Made by a program: the position numbers and the translations under genes. From NCBI GenBank assembly GCA_030295235.1, contig AP026126.1:1240001-1304000 (forward strand): a stretch of 64,000 nt of DNA, read 5' to 3'. The DNA is from Fistulifera solaris (Eukaryota). Below, one piece after another: positions 47,523 through 60,650 of the stretch (position 1 is its first letter; each line of letters starts with the position of its first letter). The notes under the pieces were generated by a model. It was not told where the DNA came from, searched no databases, and worked only from the letters and a program-made list of their open reading frames with translations.

Positions 47523-50500
47523 TTAGCTCATGTTAAATCGCTTGTGAACCTGGCTGTTTAGCCCTGCATTCGGCATTTCGCCGAAACCCATTAAGCTTAT
47601 CGCCTCGATATCAACTTCAGCAACGGAGTTATCTTGGAAAAGCCCTACACCAAGATTTTCAAGAACGCCGGCAACTATATCGTCCCCAACTTCTTCTTCA
47701 CCGTTATCAACGAGTTCGAATAGTCTTCCTCTACGAGAAGCAATGCCATTCATATCATGCGGTGAGAAAGGTTGAGGTATACTTTCACCCCCGATCGCCC
47801 CGTATTCGTGGCTTGTTGAATGTCGGTTAACGGCGTTCGATGCTAAGCCACGTAGGAAAGAGTGAGAAGCTTCACCCTCAGTGTAAAGTTCATTCTGGAA
47901 TCCCGAAGACGACATTTTTATTGTGCCAACCAAATTGGAAAATGCTGCATCTGGAAGTTTAGACGTTGCCCTCGCGTAGCTGTTCTGTAATACAAATAGT
48001 AGCGACGTTGTATTGCAAACCTTCGAAACGCCAGACTCGCTCCCTGAATAAAAAGCGTGCTGTCCGGCTGGGAGGCATTCAATCAAACGGACAAGATCTT
48101 GATGCTCTCGATACAGGCGGGGATCAAGATGATATAGATCGGACGGTGTATTTGCGCTGTCATGAAAGCAGTTTGAATGCGCAACAACAAAAAAGGAAAT
48201 CGGAATATTAGAAACCTCGGGACAAATGAGAATGTCAACCATGTGCTGTGTATATTTCGCCGCTACAAGTGGGTCAAGTGGCAAAAACGCAAGTATCAGC
48301 GATCCAAGCTGTTGGTAGATGTCGCGAGAAGGATATTTTGGAAAAACATTAAAGCCGCCGAACAATCTGTCAACGACTTCGAACGTCCCCCAAAATGCAC
48401 ATCCTGGTTCAGTACAAAACGGATCGGAGAACACTTCTGCGACCTTAGCTATACCCAGTGCAAGTTGTTTTGTCTGTGGAGGAAATCGATACCCCATGGC
48501 TGTGTCGTCGGTAATGATAGTCCTTGTGTCGTACCACAGTTTAGCCATGAAAACTGCGGCAAGAAATCGACTTTTAAGACCAATGAATCTCTCTTTCAAC
48601 TGAGAAAAGACGTGACAAGAAATTTGAACTTGTGCCCGGTTCGCCCAAGAAATAATTGTGACAGGGCCTTCATTATGACGACCATTCTCGGACACAGTCA
48701 TTCCCAACTCTGCATCAGTCCAGTGACCAGGGAGATGGCTTTCAATCTGATGCCGGAATTGATCAAGCTCACGGGCGAGATTAATACAGTACATGGCCAT
48801 CGAAGCTCCAGAATCCTTGAGGACTTCTATGCTCAATGGAGCTGAACCAGATTTTCGATTTTCAGCGATGAGCTGTCTTTGAAAGAAGGTCACAACCTGG
48901 TCATGATCATCCCAGCTTGGAATGATTGGATCCAAGAATGGGGATGAGTCGTGTGAAGCTCGAATCATCCAGCGGTAGATGACGCTCTTGACAAGAGAGC
49001 CGTCAACTGCAGCAAGAAGCTGAGTGCATCGGGTTATCATTCTTAAAACTTTATCTCGCCTATACAGGCAGATAGCCGGATGCTCTATCACGAGATGGGA
49101 TGAAAGATCCTGTGATCGGGAGGTTGTACGGTGACTATGGTCATTCGTAACGAACTGATGCAGTCCATGGGCGCGTCCAGAACTCTCCCATGTTCTAGAC
49201 AGGGGAAGTTGAGTTGAATGCCACTTTCCATTCTCTGGTTGTGAATGACAGTCATCCCTGTGAATTGCCGAAGCTTCCGGTTGGTCAGAGTTTATACTTT
49301 GCTGACTGGATGGGGAACCAGATATTTCATGCTTTTCCCAGCGACGATTTGGCGCACTTGATGGCCCATCCGCAGCACTTGTAGAAGTTGCCAGAGCGAG
49401 CTGCTTTGATTTTAATCGTTGCGTGCGAAGATCGCTCTTTGAAGTTGCCTCTTCCTTCTTCTGTTTCTCCATTTTTTCTTCTGTTCTCGTTCCTGTTGCT
49501 GCCGTTCACGTTGCTGTCTTTCTTCTCGCTCTTTGCGTTTCGCGGCTAAAATCTTTTCCCGTTCAAGTTGTTCCTTCTGCTCTTGCTGTTTCTGCTTCAA
49601 TAACAAGAGCTCACGCTCTCTTTTCTCTTTTTCTTTCTTTTGTCGATCTCGTTCTAAGCGTTCTTTTTCTTCCTTCTCGCGTAAAGCTTGTTCAATCTTA
49701 AGTTTCTCCTGTCGATCCCTTTCCTTTTTCTCTTTCTTCTTTTGACGTTTGTTATTAGCTTCTGCTCTCTCTTTCATCGCCTTGCTTTCTTCCATTTCTA
49801 ATTCTAAAAGTAACGCTTCCTCGGCGGCGCGAGCTTTTTCCTCGGCTGATTCGCTTGGTGCCTTTTTATCTCGCTTGTTTTTCTTAGCGGTGGCGGAAAG
49901 AGGAGTCTGTAGGCCTGATCCACACGCGTGTTCTCCATCTCCATCGTGACTGTCATTTAAATCGTGCTTCTGATCATCACCATCTGAAGTATCTCCTGAA
50001 GGGTTTCCTGTATTTCTGCTCTCGAGTTGCTTCATGCGCAAATTAATCAAAAGCCGAGCCCGCTGTACTTTCTTTCTATCTCTTGAACAACGCGGTATGC
50101 TAGCATTGTGTAGAGTCACCATCTCCACAGCAGCATCGATTAAATTTTGTTCAACGAGAATTGAAAGTGCCGTATCGCCCTTTTTCGTAGTGACGGTATG
50201 ATCGGCTCCGTGCTTGAGCAAAAGTGCCACTGTATCGGGAAGTCCTTTCGTCGCAGCTTGCAGAAGGGCACTGAGGGTTGGATCCTCTTCCTCGGTTGGT
50301 GCCCCTTCTTCAAGAAGCAGCTTTACTACATCGTCGTGCCCCTTATATGAGGCGATTGATAAAGGCGACCATCCTGTATCAGTGCACTTACACGGGTCGG
50401 CACCAGCTTGCAAGAGAACGTCGACAGCTCCAGCTTGCCCATGATTTGCAGCAGTCAGCAGTGGCGTTTCCCTCCATTTATTTAAAGCATGCACGTCCGC

Positions 50501-51901
50501 CCCTTTAGCCAGCAACGCTTTTACAGAAGCTAAGTGTCCTGGTTTTGCTCCTGCGCACGCTTTGTGTAGCGGTGTACTTGCATCTTCGGTCACTGGGCAG
50601 TTCACGGGAGCTCCAGCTCGAAGTAGTAAAGACACGATATCATCGTAGCCCTTCGCGTAGAAATGCCGCCGTATTAGTTGATCAAGTGGGCAAATGACGA
50701 CGCACAACTGCAATCTTACCTTATGAGCCGCGAACGTGAGAGCACTCCAACCTGCTTCGCTGCATAAGCTTGGATTTGCACCATGTTTAAGTAACGCTTC
50801 AACAGCTGCACGGTGCCCATTATTAGCAGCTATCAAGAGCGGGGTTTCTTTCCACTTATTGCAGGCATTTCCATCCGCACCTTCCTCTAACAAGAAATTG
50901 AGCACTTCCATCGAACCGTTACTACTCCCCGACGAACAAGCCGTATGGAGTGGAGTGTAAAGGTCATCTTTGAACTTGCAATTCACGGAAGCTCCATGCT
51001 CTAGGCAAAGTTTAACTGCTTCTACGTCCCCTTCTTCTACGGCACATTTCAAGTAAAGTTCAGCGTCCTCTTCATCTACACTTACTGATGATGACTTCAC
51101 CGTTACCGATGCCCGAACGATCAACGAATCATCTGCCACGAAACCTTCTTGTTGAATCCGATCCGCTGTGATGAACTGCGACCAGCCCCAATCAATAGCT
51201 TTGGGGCACAATTTAAACGTCTTATCAGGGTTTCTCTTTGCGTAGCATAATGTCGGTCCTTTAGGATGTTCTAGTGTCAGAACGTAACTCACCGCCTTCT
51301 TCCAGCCGAAAGGTAAGTCCTCCGCATCTGCTACCTGCAAAAACAAACTCAAGTGATGATTGCTTGCTCTCCCGTTACCGTTAACGTAGACGATCAATCG
51401 CCATTGATTGCCGTACTCATCGACCGTTGTGGGTGAATATTCTGCTTTCTTACAACCGGATTCTCTCTTTGATGCATAATCTTTGATGGTGTGTGTGAAT
51501 TCGCAGGTAGAATGAACATTTTGAGGAAGCCATGGTATAGGTGGATCTTCCGCGTGGTCTCCGCCGTCGTCTTCCCCTACATCGCTCTCTGTGGACGGAC
51601 TCCTTTGATTGTTGTCATCGTCAGAATTCCCTGAAACACTATCCGGTAAGTCATTCAAATCATTGCTGATTTCGTACTTTTTCTCTTCTTCATGCAATAA
51701 TGGCAATTGCAGCTGATCATCCCGATCATGATGTAAATGACGGTGGGGATCATCGACGGACGAAGACGTGGCCGTCAGAATGTCTGGGTCGTCCGTCTCC
51801 AGTTTCGACGCGAGTAGCATCGTATTTTGTAATGTAGTTTCGTGAGTCGCCTTATCGCTTGAATCTGCCGAAGAGCTCTTCTCTACTCCCCAGCGGAGCA
51901 T
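47523..51901 (-). CDS. MATH domain + ankyrin repeats + coiled coil + degenerate PCIF1-like domain protein
   Basis: MATH (WRLIVYVNGN..HLSLFLQV..DWGWSQFI), multiple TPLHxA/TPLLxAA ankyrin repeats and a charged coiled coil. Frameshift at the T-run near 49475 joins the 649-aa ORF. In-frame intron 50719-50651. Confidence 0.85.
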
Positions 51902-52868
51902 TCTTCTTCACCTTTATCGTCGTTGGTAAATACGAGCTCTGTAAAAGGATTATTTGAAAACCGAAGCGAGGAGCGACACAAGGAATGGATAAGTCACAAC
52001 GGGTGAGAGGCACTACTTCTTGTCGCAATATTTTACAGGTTTCAAAGCAACAAAGCGAAGAATTTCATTTGATTTCATATTTGACCGTCGTTTTTGAAAA
52101 GATCAGATTCTGGAAGTGACAGGACTGCATACTTGATAAACGTAGCTCGCTACGTGCTCAGAATCCAGGAACATGAAATTGAAGCCTTTTTTTTGCATCG
52201 ACAAATTCCCGCCAGTGTTCCTTCGCGGCGATTGCAGCCACGACACATGGCACCTTGTTCTTCCTCATTGCATAAATCAAAAAGAAAACAGCAAAGAGCC
52301 TTACCTGATGCTGAAGTTTCATACAAAACGAGTTCAATTTTAATGGATGTGGAACGGGGCAAAAAATAATACTGCACTTCTCGTCTTCTTGCGTCGAATG
52401 GAGTGGTTTGATCGCCGTTCGTCTGACATCGCTCGATATCGGAGGTGGCGGGAAATGGGTTCCCACAAAAAGTACTTGTACTCGTCAACAGCTTTCGGGA
52501 TAGTCATGAATTCTGCGTCGGTCTTGGTTCGTCTTCTCCTCCAACCGGGACTGAAGTTGGCGAATGACCGTGACTCTTTGAAAACGCATGACGCATGACT
52601 GACCTTTGACTGTCGGAAGACCGAAGTTGAAAAGTCTCCCCGACTCCAACCGACACGGCGACGAGCCGAAGGAAGATCGATGATCATCAAACAAACGCTT
52701 TGAACTTTCACTTGCATTTAGACGCTCTATCAAAGATCTATAAAATCATTGTGAATAAGCTTGAAAGGTCGTGTCAAAGTGGCGAGCTAACGAAAGCAAT
52801 TGGAAAAGAAAAGAACTCGCTACCCACTCCGTTTTCCTAAGCCCGTATATTGATTCCTTTTTTCCACC

Positions 52869-53844
52869 ATGAATGACCGATTAGGTGATCTTCCCACTTG
52901 GGCAGCCGACAGTGACGATGAAGATGAGCCGACAAAGGGTGATATCGAAATGGGAGAAACTACGAAACAAGCAAAACATATGGATCATTTCTTTCGAGAA
53001 GTAGAATCGATCAAACGCGACATTGAAGCTATTACAAAAGCCACCAAATCGATCGGCAACATCAATGACAGAGCCCTGCAAGCCACATCTACAGAAGAAG
53101 AGAACGAATTGAGTAGGAAGCTTCGTCCGCTTGTAGATCAAACCAACAAACAGGCGAAACGCACTAAAACTTTGTTAGGTCTCTTGAAAGAAGAGACACA
53201 GAAGCTTCAGGAAAACAAGCAAATTAAGCAAAGCGATCTTCGGTACGTACTTCGTTGTGCAAAGTGCTTCCTACATCAACACTACTTTGATCTCAACGCA
53301 TCATTTTTCATTCTAGCGTCCGTGAGAATCTATGTAACACTCTCACTCGTAAATTCATTGACGAAATGAAGGCCTACCAGGCAGCGCAACAAAAGTATAA
53401 GACAGATATCAAAAGAAAGTAGCCAGACAAGTACAGATTGTAAAACCCGACGCCACGGACGAAGATATTGATGCTGTTATGCGAAGCGAAGGCGGTCGTG
53501 ATGCACTTTATCGGGAGCAAATATTGGCAGGTGGAGTGAACGACCAGGTAAAAACAACCTATGAGAAGGTGGCAGGAAAGTATCAGGATGTTTTGGCTTT
53601 GGAACATAGTGTTGCGGAACTGCACCAGATGTTCTTGGATTTTGCCTTACTGACAGAGCAACAAGGAGAATTGTTGGATCAGATTGAGTTCCAAGTGAAA
53701 CAGGCCGGAGACTACGTGGAAGAGGCCAACGTGGACGTGTATGAAGCCATTGAATATCAACGAAAAATTCGAAAGAAGCAGTGTTGGATTTTACTCATCG
53801 TTGTGGTGGTCATGGTCGTCATTGTGGTGTTTGTCCTCGGTTAA
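52869..53844 (+). CDS. Plasma-membrane type syntaxin (Qa-SNARE)
   Basis: MNDRL start, FFREVESIK, SNARE motif LEHSVAELHQMFLDFALLTEQQGELLDQIE and a C-terminal transmembrane helix. Intron 53243-53316. Confidence 0.93.
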
Positions 53845-53944
53845 CGGATGAATATAACGTGTAGTGAAGTTACGAGCAAATAACTTAACGCCATGCTAAA
53901 GAACACGACCCTTTGCCATCTAACAAATCATTTAATTGCATATA

Positions 53945-54992
53945 CTAAGAAACCTGCGCGATATTAAAATGGTTCGCGAGAATTTTTCCGTCATCAGCCT
54001 TATGCTGCGCAAACGATATCCTGCCTTCTTCGTCCCCGGTTTCGACTTTCTCCCCTCGCCCCCAATAATCAGCCGCATCCAGAGCAACCAAACAGCTTTC
54101 ACGAACCGCATCAATATCACTTTCGTCGTTGGCGAATCGCTGCAGAATTCGTTCAACTTCTTCCCATCGTCCATCGATTGCCCCCAAAGCTTCCGCACTT
54201 TCGTGTCGCACCATGACGTGCTCGTCACGTCGTTTCAGTGTTTTCCTCGAGCGCTTCCACCGAAGCGGGATGTTGCATTTGTCCCAAAACATACGCGACT
54301 TCGTGCCGCAAGAGAGGCGAACTGGTGTCTTGGGTGAGTGCTCGGCACAACTGTAGTACCGATGCTTCTCCCCCGCGATTCCGCAGCGAAAACATGGCCC
54401 GATACCGCTCAAAGAGAGGCAATGCAGCGTCGTAGAGAATGTCTCCCAGTTCTTGGAATGATTTGCTTTGATGTGCCGGATGTGGTGGTGCAGGATCGAC
54501 CGTGGAATAGGGATTCAACATGCAGGCACAGACGGCCGGCACATTCTCCGGATCTTCACCCGCGGCCCGCCATTCCATTATATTGAGTGCGAGCTGGCAC
54601 GTATCCGACAATTCTGGAAGATCGGGATTCGATTCTCCTACGGATTTTAAAATAGGTTCGGATCGGGCTGCTCCGATCGCACCGAGAGCTTCGGCGGCTT
54701 CGTGACGAACCATCACGCAATCGTTCGCATCCTGTAAGATTTCTTCCAAGCAATCGCAGCATCGTTCATCGCGCAATTGTCCCATAACGTAAGCAAATTC
54801 ATGACGCATGAGTGATCCGTGTTGCGTCTCATGTAGGCCTTTGGCGAGGACTCTTACAACATCATTCTGAAGTTCCATCTCGTTGGCGTGGAGTTGACGC
54901 AGAAAGTAAGCAGCTCGCATGCGCATGCCGATGGGATTTTGAGGATTTTCGAGCGACTTTTCAAGGTCAGAGAACGATGGTATTTCCCACAT
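53945..54992 (-). CDS. DOHH: Deoxyhypusine hydroxylase
   Basis: Four His-Glu motifs ([50 protein letters not shown]), DPAPP and [11 protein letters not shown]. Frameshift near 54243. Confidence 0.96.
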
Positions 54993-55365
54993 GTTGTAGT
55001 TAGAATAAAATGTAGTGCTTTCGTGTTACGGATTACGGAGTGTCTGTTATGGCTATAATGATCAATGACGATGATGAGTAAATGACAAGAATGCCGAAAG
55101 GAGGCGAAAATTCGAGTGCAAGACGGATGGTCACCACGGCAAATTCTAAAACCTACCGGTACCGTACCGTTACTACCGGAGTACCGTATATTTTTTTACA
55201 AGCTAGCCCCGTGCTGGATGAAAATTACTTTGTAGTTTAGGGAGTGCTACTCGAGGTACTTGAACCGGTAGTTAGTTGAGGGCGAGTCCTGAGTCCTGAA
55301 CCCGTTTCCCCATGAGGGGAGAATCTCCGTGTTGCGTTTTCCATACTTCTGTTGGTAAATTTTTT

Positions 55366-55686
55366 TACCAGTACGAGGCCTACCAGGTATGACATTATTT
55401 TCACGTAGATATTCGAAGCGTTGTGTTTTTGCTTATTTCTGTGTTTGATGTTCCAAGTAATGACAATTCTTGTTAAGAAGCTCTACAAATGTATGTTGAT
55501 GAATGTTTTGAGCTTCGATGAGATGGCATAACTTTTAGCAAACGTTTTCCATAGCTGCCAGGTACCGTAGCTGCCAGCTACCGCAGGTTCCATGTCGTAC
55601 CAGTACCAGTACGCGGCCTACGAGATTTTCACGTAGACATTCGAAGCGTTGTTTTTTTTTTTGCTTTTTTCTGTGTTTGATGTTCC
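55366..55686. repeat. Imperfect ~85-bp direct repeat (55366-55454 and 55604-55686)
   Basis: Both copies read TACCAGTACG.GGCCTAC...ATTTTCACGTAGA.ATTCGAAGCGTTGT...TTCTGTGTTTGATGTTCC. Confidence 0.8.
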
Positions 55687-55756
55687 TTGTTACCAGGTAA
55701 TCATCTATCATCCTGTTCATTGTCGTTATAACGATTATAACGAGACGATTTGCATC

Positions 55757-56771
55757 ATGTTTGCATCAATCATCACTAGGCGCGTTGCTTCTTCTCAATC
55801 CACATTTTCCGGCCAGAATAGTAAGTCGATCGCGCGACGATTCCTCTTCGCCGAACCCCACAACATAGAACTGTACGAATATGCGATCTGCCCTTTCTGC
55901 AACCGTGTCAAAGCATTTCTAGATTATGCTGGGTTGAAGTATTCACAGATAGAAGTGAACCCACTCACAAAAAAGGAAATCAAATGGTGAGTCGTCTATA
56001 TCACCCACACTCTCTTGCCACGGTCGTCGTTGGCCGAGTGCTCATCCACTTCATCGTTGCACAGGTCCAAAGATTACAGAAAGGTACCAATTGTTAAATT
56101 AGATCAAAAGCCACTTCTGGGATCTGATTCCATACTTGAAGCTCTGTTGCAACAACCAATTGTTCAAGAAAATCTGGAAAGTAAATGGGAAGGATCCAAC
56201 ATGAGCATGGATGAATTTGCAACGTCGGAGTTGAGTCAAAGATGGACGAAATTCGCTACAGATGAACTCGCATACTTACTCTATCCGAATATTTGTCGTA
56301 CGCTCAGCGATTCGTATCGTGCATTTGCGTATGTCGAAACAACGGACAGCTTCGGTACCTTGGAAAAACTATCGATTCGTGGCTTTGGGGTCGCTGGCCA
56401 TGTACATGGCAGCAAGTCGTGTGAAAAGTGAGTCCATAAGTTGAATCTTTTCATGCATTTCGCGTTGCTCTTGTAACTCATATACCTCTTATCGAAAAAT
56501 TCGATAATTTTCAGAGAAACGAAACATTACAGATGAACGAGCGGCACTTCATCAAGCCTTGGTCCAGTTGGAACAGGACGGTTTGCGCGATCACGATTTC
56601 GTGTCGGGTAACGACAAACCCAACTTGGGTGACATAACACTCTTTGGTACGTTGCGTTCCATCGAAGGCCTACCCGCTCACAAGAAGGCTATAGAATCGC
56701 GTGATGGACCGCTCCGGGCATGGTATGAACGAATGAGTGCAGAAGTAGTCTCCTCCAAGAAACAAGTATAA
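55757..56771 (+). CDS. PTGES2: Prostaglandin E synthase 2-like glutaredoxin/GST protein
   Basis: LYEYAICPFCNRVKAFLDY, EVNPL, YRKVP, LLYPNICRTLSDS and PNLGDITLFGTLRSIEG. Introns 55987-56064 and 56428-56514. Confidence 0.9.
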
Positions 56772-56841
56772 TTATAGCTAGATCGCAACCAAATAAAATA
56801 AAATTTCACGGAGCATACTGAATTAAAGTATTTATAGGAAC

Positions 56842-57579
56842 TTAAAGCGCCCCACCTTCACCAAAATCGGCAATCAATTCATTGAGTCGAGGTTGCACCT
56901 TGCGTCGTCCTTCTTCGTCCAGTCGATCAATGTACACGGTTCCATCCAAATGATCGTACTCGTGTTGGAAAATTCTCGCCTCCCAGTCTGTAAATTTCCG
57001 TTTAATCTTTTTCCCTTTCATATTCATGGCTTCTACTTTGATCCACTTGGATCGCTCCACTGGCCCGTCCATTCCTGGAAAACTAAGACACCCTTCTGTC
57101 TCGACGTTGCGCGCTTCGCTGGATTCCACAATGGTTGGATTAACCATAATAACTTCATCGAGCCACTTTTTCGGGTCTCCAGATTGATTGTATACCATTA
57201 AGCGCTTATTCACGCCGACTTGGGGTGCTGCCAAACCCACTCCGGCAGCCGCGTACATGACCATGAACATTTCCTTGGCAAGCTTGGCGATCGATCCATC
57301 CTTTAATTCTTCTAGTGTAACTAGTTCATTTGGTTTGCGTAAAGCGGGATGCGGGTATTTTACAATTCGCAAATCCGTTCCTTCTACAACTCCTGGGTCG
57401 ACTTCTTCTTGCAATGAGGCGAGTAGGGAGGGAGAAGGTAGAACTCTATGAAATGCGGTTCGGCTCAGTCGTGTCAAGTAGCCCGCCCTTTGAAACGCCA
57501 TTGTTGAATCAGTCAGAAGAAGAAGAAGAAGGCCAAGAATCAATGGTAAATATTCTTTAATGAATGAAGGCGTTGCCAT
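56842..57579 (-). CDS. def: Peptide deformylase, probably plastid-targeted
   Basis: Motifs GVGLAAPQVG, EGCLSFP and QHEYDHLDG. Signal peptide followed by A-F. Confidence 0.96.
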   Translation of the reverse strand: MATPSFIKEYLPLILGLLLLLLTDSTMAFQRAGYLTRLSRTAFHRVLPSPSLLASLQEEVDPGVVEGTDLRIVKYPHPALRKPNELVTLEELKDGSIAKLAKEMFMVMYAAAGVGLAAPQVGVNKRLMVYNQSGDPKKWLDEVIMVNPTIVESSEARNVETEGCLSFPGMDGPVERSKWIKVEAMNMKGKKIKRKFTDWEARIFQHEYDHLDGTVYIDRLDEEGRRKVQPRLNELIADFGEGGAL

Positions 57580-57911
57580 GGTAGAATTACAGCACTCAAT
57601 TGTCGTATGACTAGAAATGAAACAGTATATGGATTCGAACACCACACGATAAAAAAAGAAAAGCCAAGAGCCACGAATGCAACACTTTAAATGTCTACGT
57701 GAAAAGTTTCACGTAGCCCCCAGTAGCAGGTATAGGGAAATTGATTGAGAGAGGGGGTACCCGGATATGCGTGTGAGAATCAGAAAGGCCGCACATTTTC
57801 TTGATGCATTTTATTATTTGATTTTGGCAAACAAAGAGTTTTTCCCTTCGTTCCATTCATAACATCCCTCACCCCCTTGTAAATTGGAAAGGCTGGCATA
57901 TTCTGGAGACC

Positions 57912-58711
57912 ATGACGAAACGGGACGTCCAAACGAAATCGCATTATGAAGGCCACAGTTCTACTTCATACGAAAACGCCTTTTTCTACGAACCCGGTGT
58001 GTATCAAGAGTATTTGCGAGATAAGGTCCGAGCCAGTCTCCACCTTACTTCTGAATCGAAGCACAAATTAATAGATATAGGTGGTGGAACGGGCAACTTT
58101 ACTAGGGCTATCATTGAAAGCACCCAAGTTACAGCTATTGTCGTTGACCCGTTTCTGGGGGATTCGTCGGACGACAACAACTCGCCATCGGTGCAGTTTG
58201 TCAAAGCCTCAGCAGAAGATTACAAACAACCACCTAGTGCAAACAGTTGGAGAACTGGATACAGTCAAGTACTCTTAAAAGAAGTAATTCATCATATTGC
58301 AACAGCGGACCGAGTTGCCGTTCTTCGCGGCATCCGTCAAGGGATGTCTAGCAATTCTGCGATAAAGCCGGCTATTCTCATCATCACTCGTCCACAACGT
58401 GATATCGACTATCCGCTCTGGAACGATGCAAAAGAAGTTTGGGCTCAAAATCAGCCGTCACTGGAAGAATTGGTCAACGATTTGAAGAAAGCTGGTTTTC
58501 AAAATGTTGAACATACCGTCGAGGCGTACAAGTGCCAAATCCCAATCGCACGGTGGAAAGATATGGTGAAAGCACGTTTCTGGAGTTTTCGAGCTTCTCC
58601 GATAGTGAGCTGGAAAAGGCGTGTGATATGATCGAGCAAAATGAAGCAAGGCGCACGGTGAATGGGGTCATTTCCTTTGAGGATAGATTACTGTTCATCA
58701 AAGCCGATTAG
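57912..58711 (+). CDS. Class I SAM-dependent methyltransferase
   Basis: LIDIGGGTGNF motif I and LLKEVIHH. After a frameshift near 58588 the frame continues FSDSELEKACDMI..FEDRLLFIKAD-stop. Confidence 0.85.
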
Positions 58712-60599
58712 GCCCTCTCGATGATGCTTGCATTCTCGCGACGTGCGATACAGTCGGCTGATTTATCCCAGCTGCAGCATGTTCGGAATTGAGGGTTTGC
58801 GTGAGTTTGGAGGCATTGGAAAACGTGGTCGTGGTAGGCACCACAACCTTCGGACAGGATATCTTTCAGCATGAGATGGAAACTAGAACAGCAATTGCCC
58901 AGCGTGAATCGCGGATAGAGTTGTAACCGTAAGGATGCCATTGCCGATAAAATAGCTTCATCTGTGCCTTTGTCGTATGTGTTTTCTATTGGAGAGGGCT
59001 TGAAGTATCCGGTATTCTGTGTTACATCAAGATGGTTGACCACGAGTGCTGACACAAAGTCAGTAGCGTTTGTCCGCTTTAGTAAGTTCATTTCATCTTT
59101 GATCTTTTGGGACTCTGTAGTAACGATAGTAAAGGGTTGCTGGCTCTGGGCATGGTCAAACGCTTGCCAAGATTCTTGCGCTGCATCTAAATGATTCGCA
59201 AAGGACATGCACTCCATTTCAATATCGCATTTATCAGACGCTGTCGACAAATAGCAGTGAATCAGAAACAACACAAAATCAATAACAACTGGCGAACGTC
59301 ACAAGAGACTTACCTCGAATCGGCAGACCGATACTTTTCCTTGATTCAAAGGAGGGCGGCAGAACCGACTTTACGATATCATCTATCCGATGCAACGCGC
59401 GTGGATTTGGTCGCAAAGCATACAACAATAGTCCATGAAAAGTGGTGAGTCCATCCCATAATAGCTGAAGGACTCATTTTGTGGTATATTGTCATCCTTT
59501 TGGAGCTGATCGGCCGCTTTGAACAGCGTCTGTTGGAGGTCAGGATCGTTGGTCATACTGCGAATTAGAGGCAAAATAGTTGTGTGAACTTTGCCTCTCA
59601 GATTTTGCGGAATGCGCTGCGCTCGGAACGGGAGCTGCAAGAGTAGCACGCGATCATCCTGTCGATCTTTTGGAAGAGTCCCCGTCCGAAATAAATGACG
59701 CCTTTCTATCTTTTGCAATGAATACGCCTCTTCTATTTCATAATGCGTCAAAGCACACGGACTCGACGGCAAAAGAAGCACTGAGCATCGCGACGATCAC
59801 ATGTGACTTGGGACCACGGCTGTTGCAAGAATGGAGGACCTACTGGAGAGTTATTGATGAATAGCACCACTCGGTCCGTCGCGAGACCCGCCATCAAAGC
59901 GGGGACGGCTGCATACCTCATGTTGGCTCCAATGCCGTTGTTGTAAAATCGCACGACCAGGAATTTGGCGCTGGCACATTCGAAATCAAAGGGTCCGATA
60001 CCAGCTTCTTGGCGCTCGAGTATGCACTGAGAATCCATGTTTTGTGCTTCGGTAAAAGCATGTCGGTGCTGATGGTAATGAACATACATGTAAACGAGCC
60101 GAACGACCCAATGCCGCAATTCCGATTCGGCATCTTTTGTAGGCTGTCTTTGCACAAATATAGAGTTCTGCTCGCAAATGCTCTTCTGTAAGAGTATGGG
60201 TAGATTGTCGTTGCTCCAGTGAACTGCTGATATGATCAAATATTTCCCCAAAGAATCGTCCATTCCAAAAGAGTGGTTGGCGTTGCCGAGGCGAGGACCA
60301 CGAAGCCAAGCATGTGAGTTGAATTGCAAGCAGCGTTTGTTGGGAGTAGCTGCAGCCGCACCATCATTGGGAATAGATTTGCCATGCCGAGGTGAATCAT
60401 TTGGGGCGAAGGATACCCTTGCGAAGACAGTAGCAATGATCTCATTGCGATCAGTCTCGCGATGATTCAGCGCCCATGCGTTGGATATCGCCAACCAAAC
60501 CGAGTATACGATGGGTATTGAGATAGTTAGAATTCGGACTTTTTGTAAAAGAAAGCACTTTCTCTTCCTCTTTTCCTTCACTACCGTTGTCATGGTCAT
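58708..60599 (-). CDS. Type II membrane glycosyltransferase, GT23 (FUT8/NodZ)-like
   Basis: N-terminal basic stretch plus transmembrane helix, NGIGANMR..LATDRVVLF, IGLPIR|ASDKC across intron 59313-59241, VTTES and TLGNCCSSFH. Contains frameshifts. Confidence 0.65.
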
Positions 60600-60650
60600 T
60601 TTTTCTGAGTGACAAGTGAGAAAAGAAAAGTGCTACGTAGTAATACACAA

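Noticed and set aside
52094..52733. Overlapping short ORFs between the MATH-ankyrin and syntaxin genes
   Set aside because: No recognisable motifs and no consistent frame; likely a divergent promoter and UTR region.
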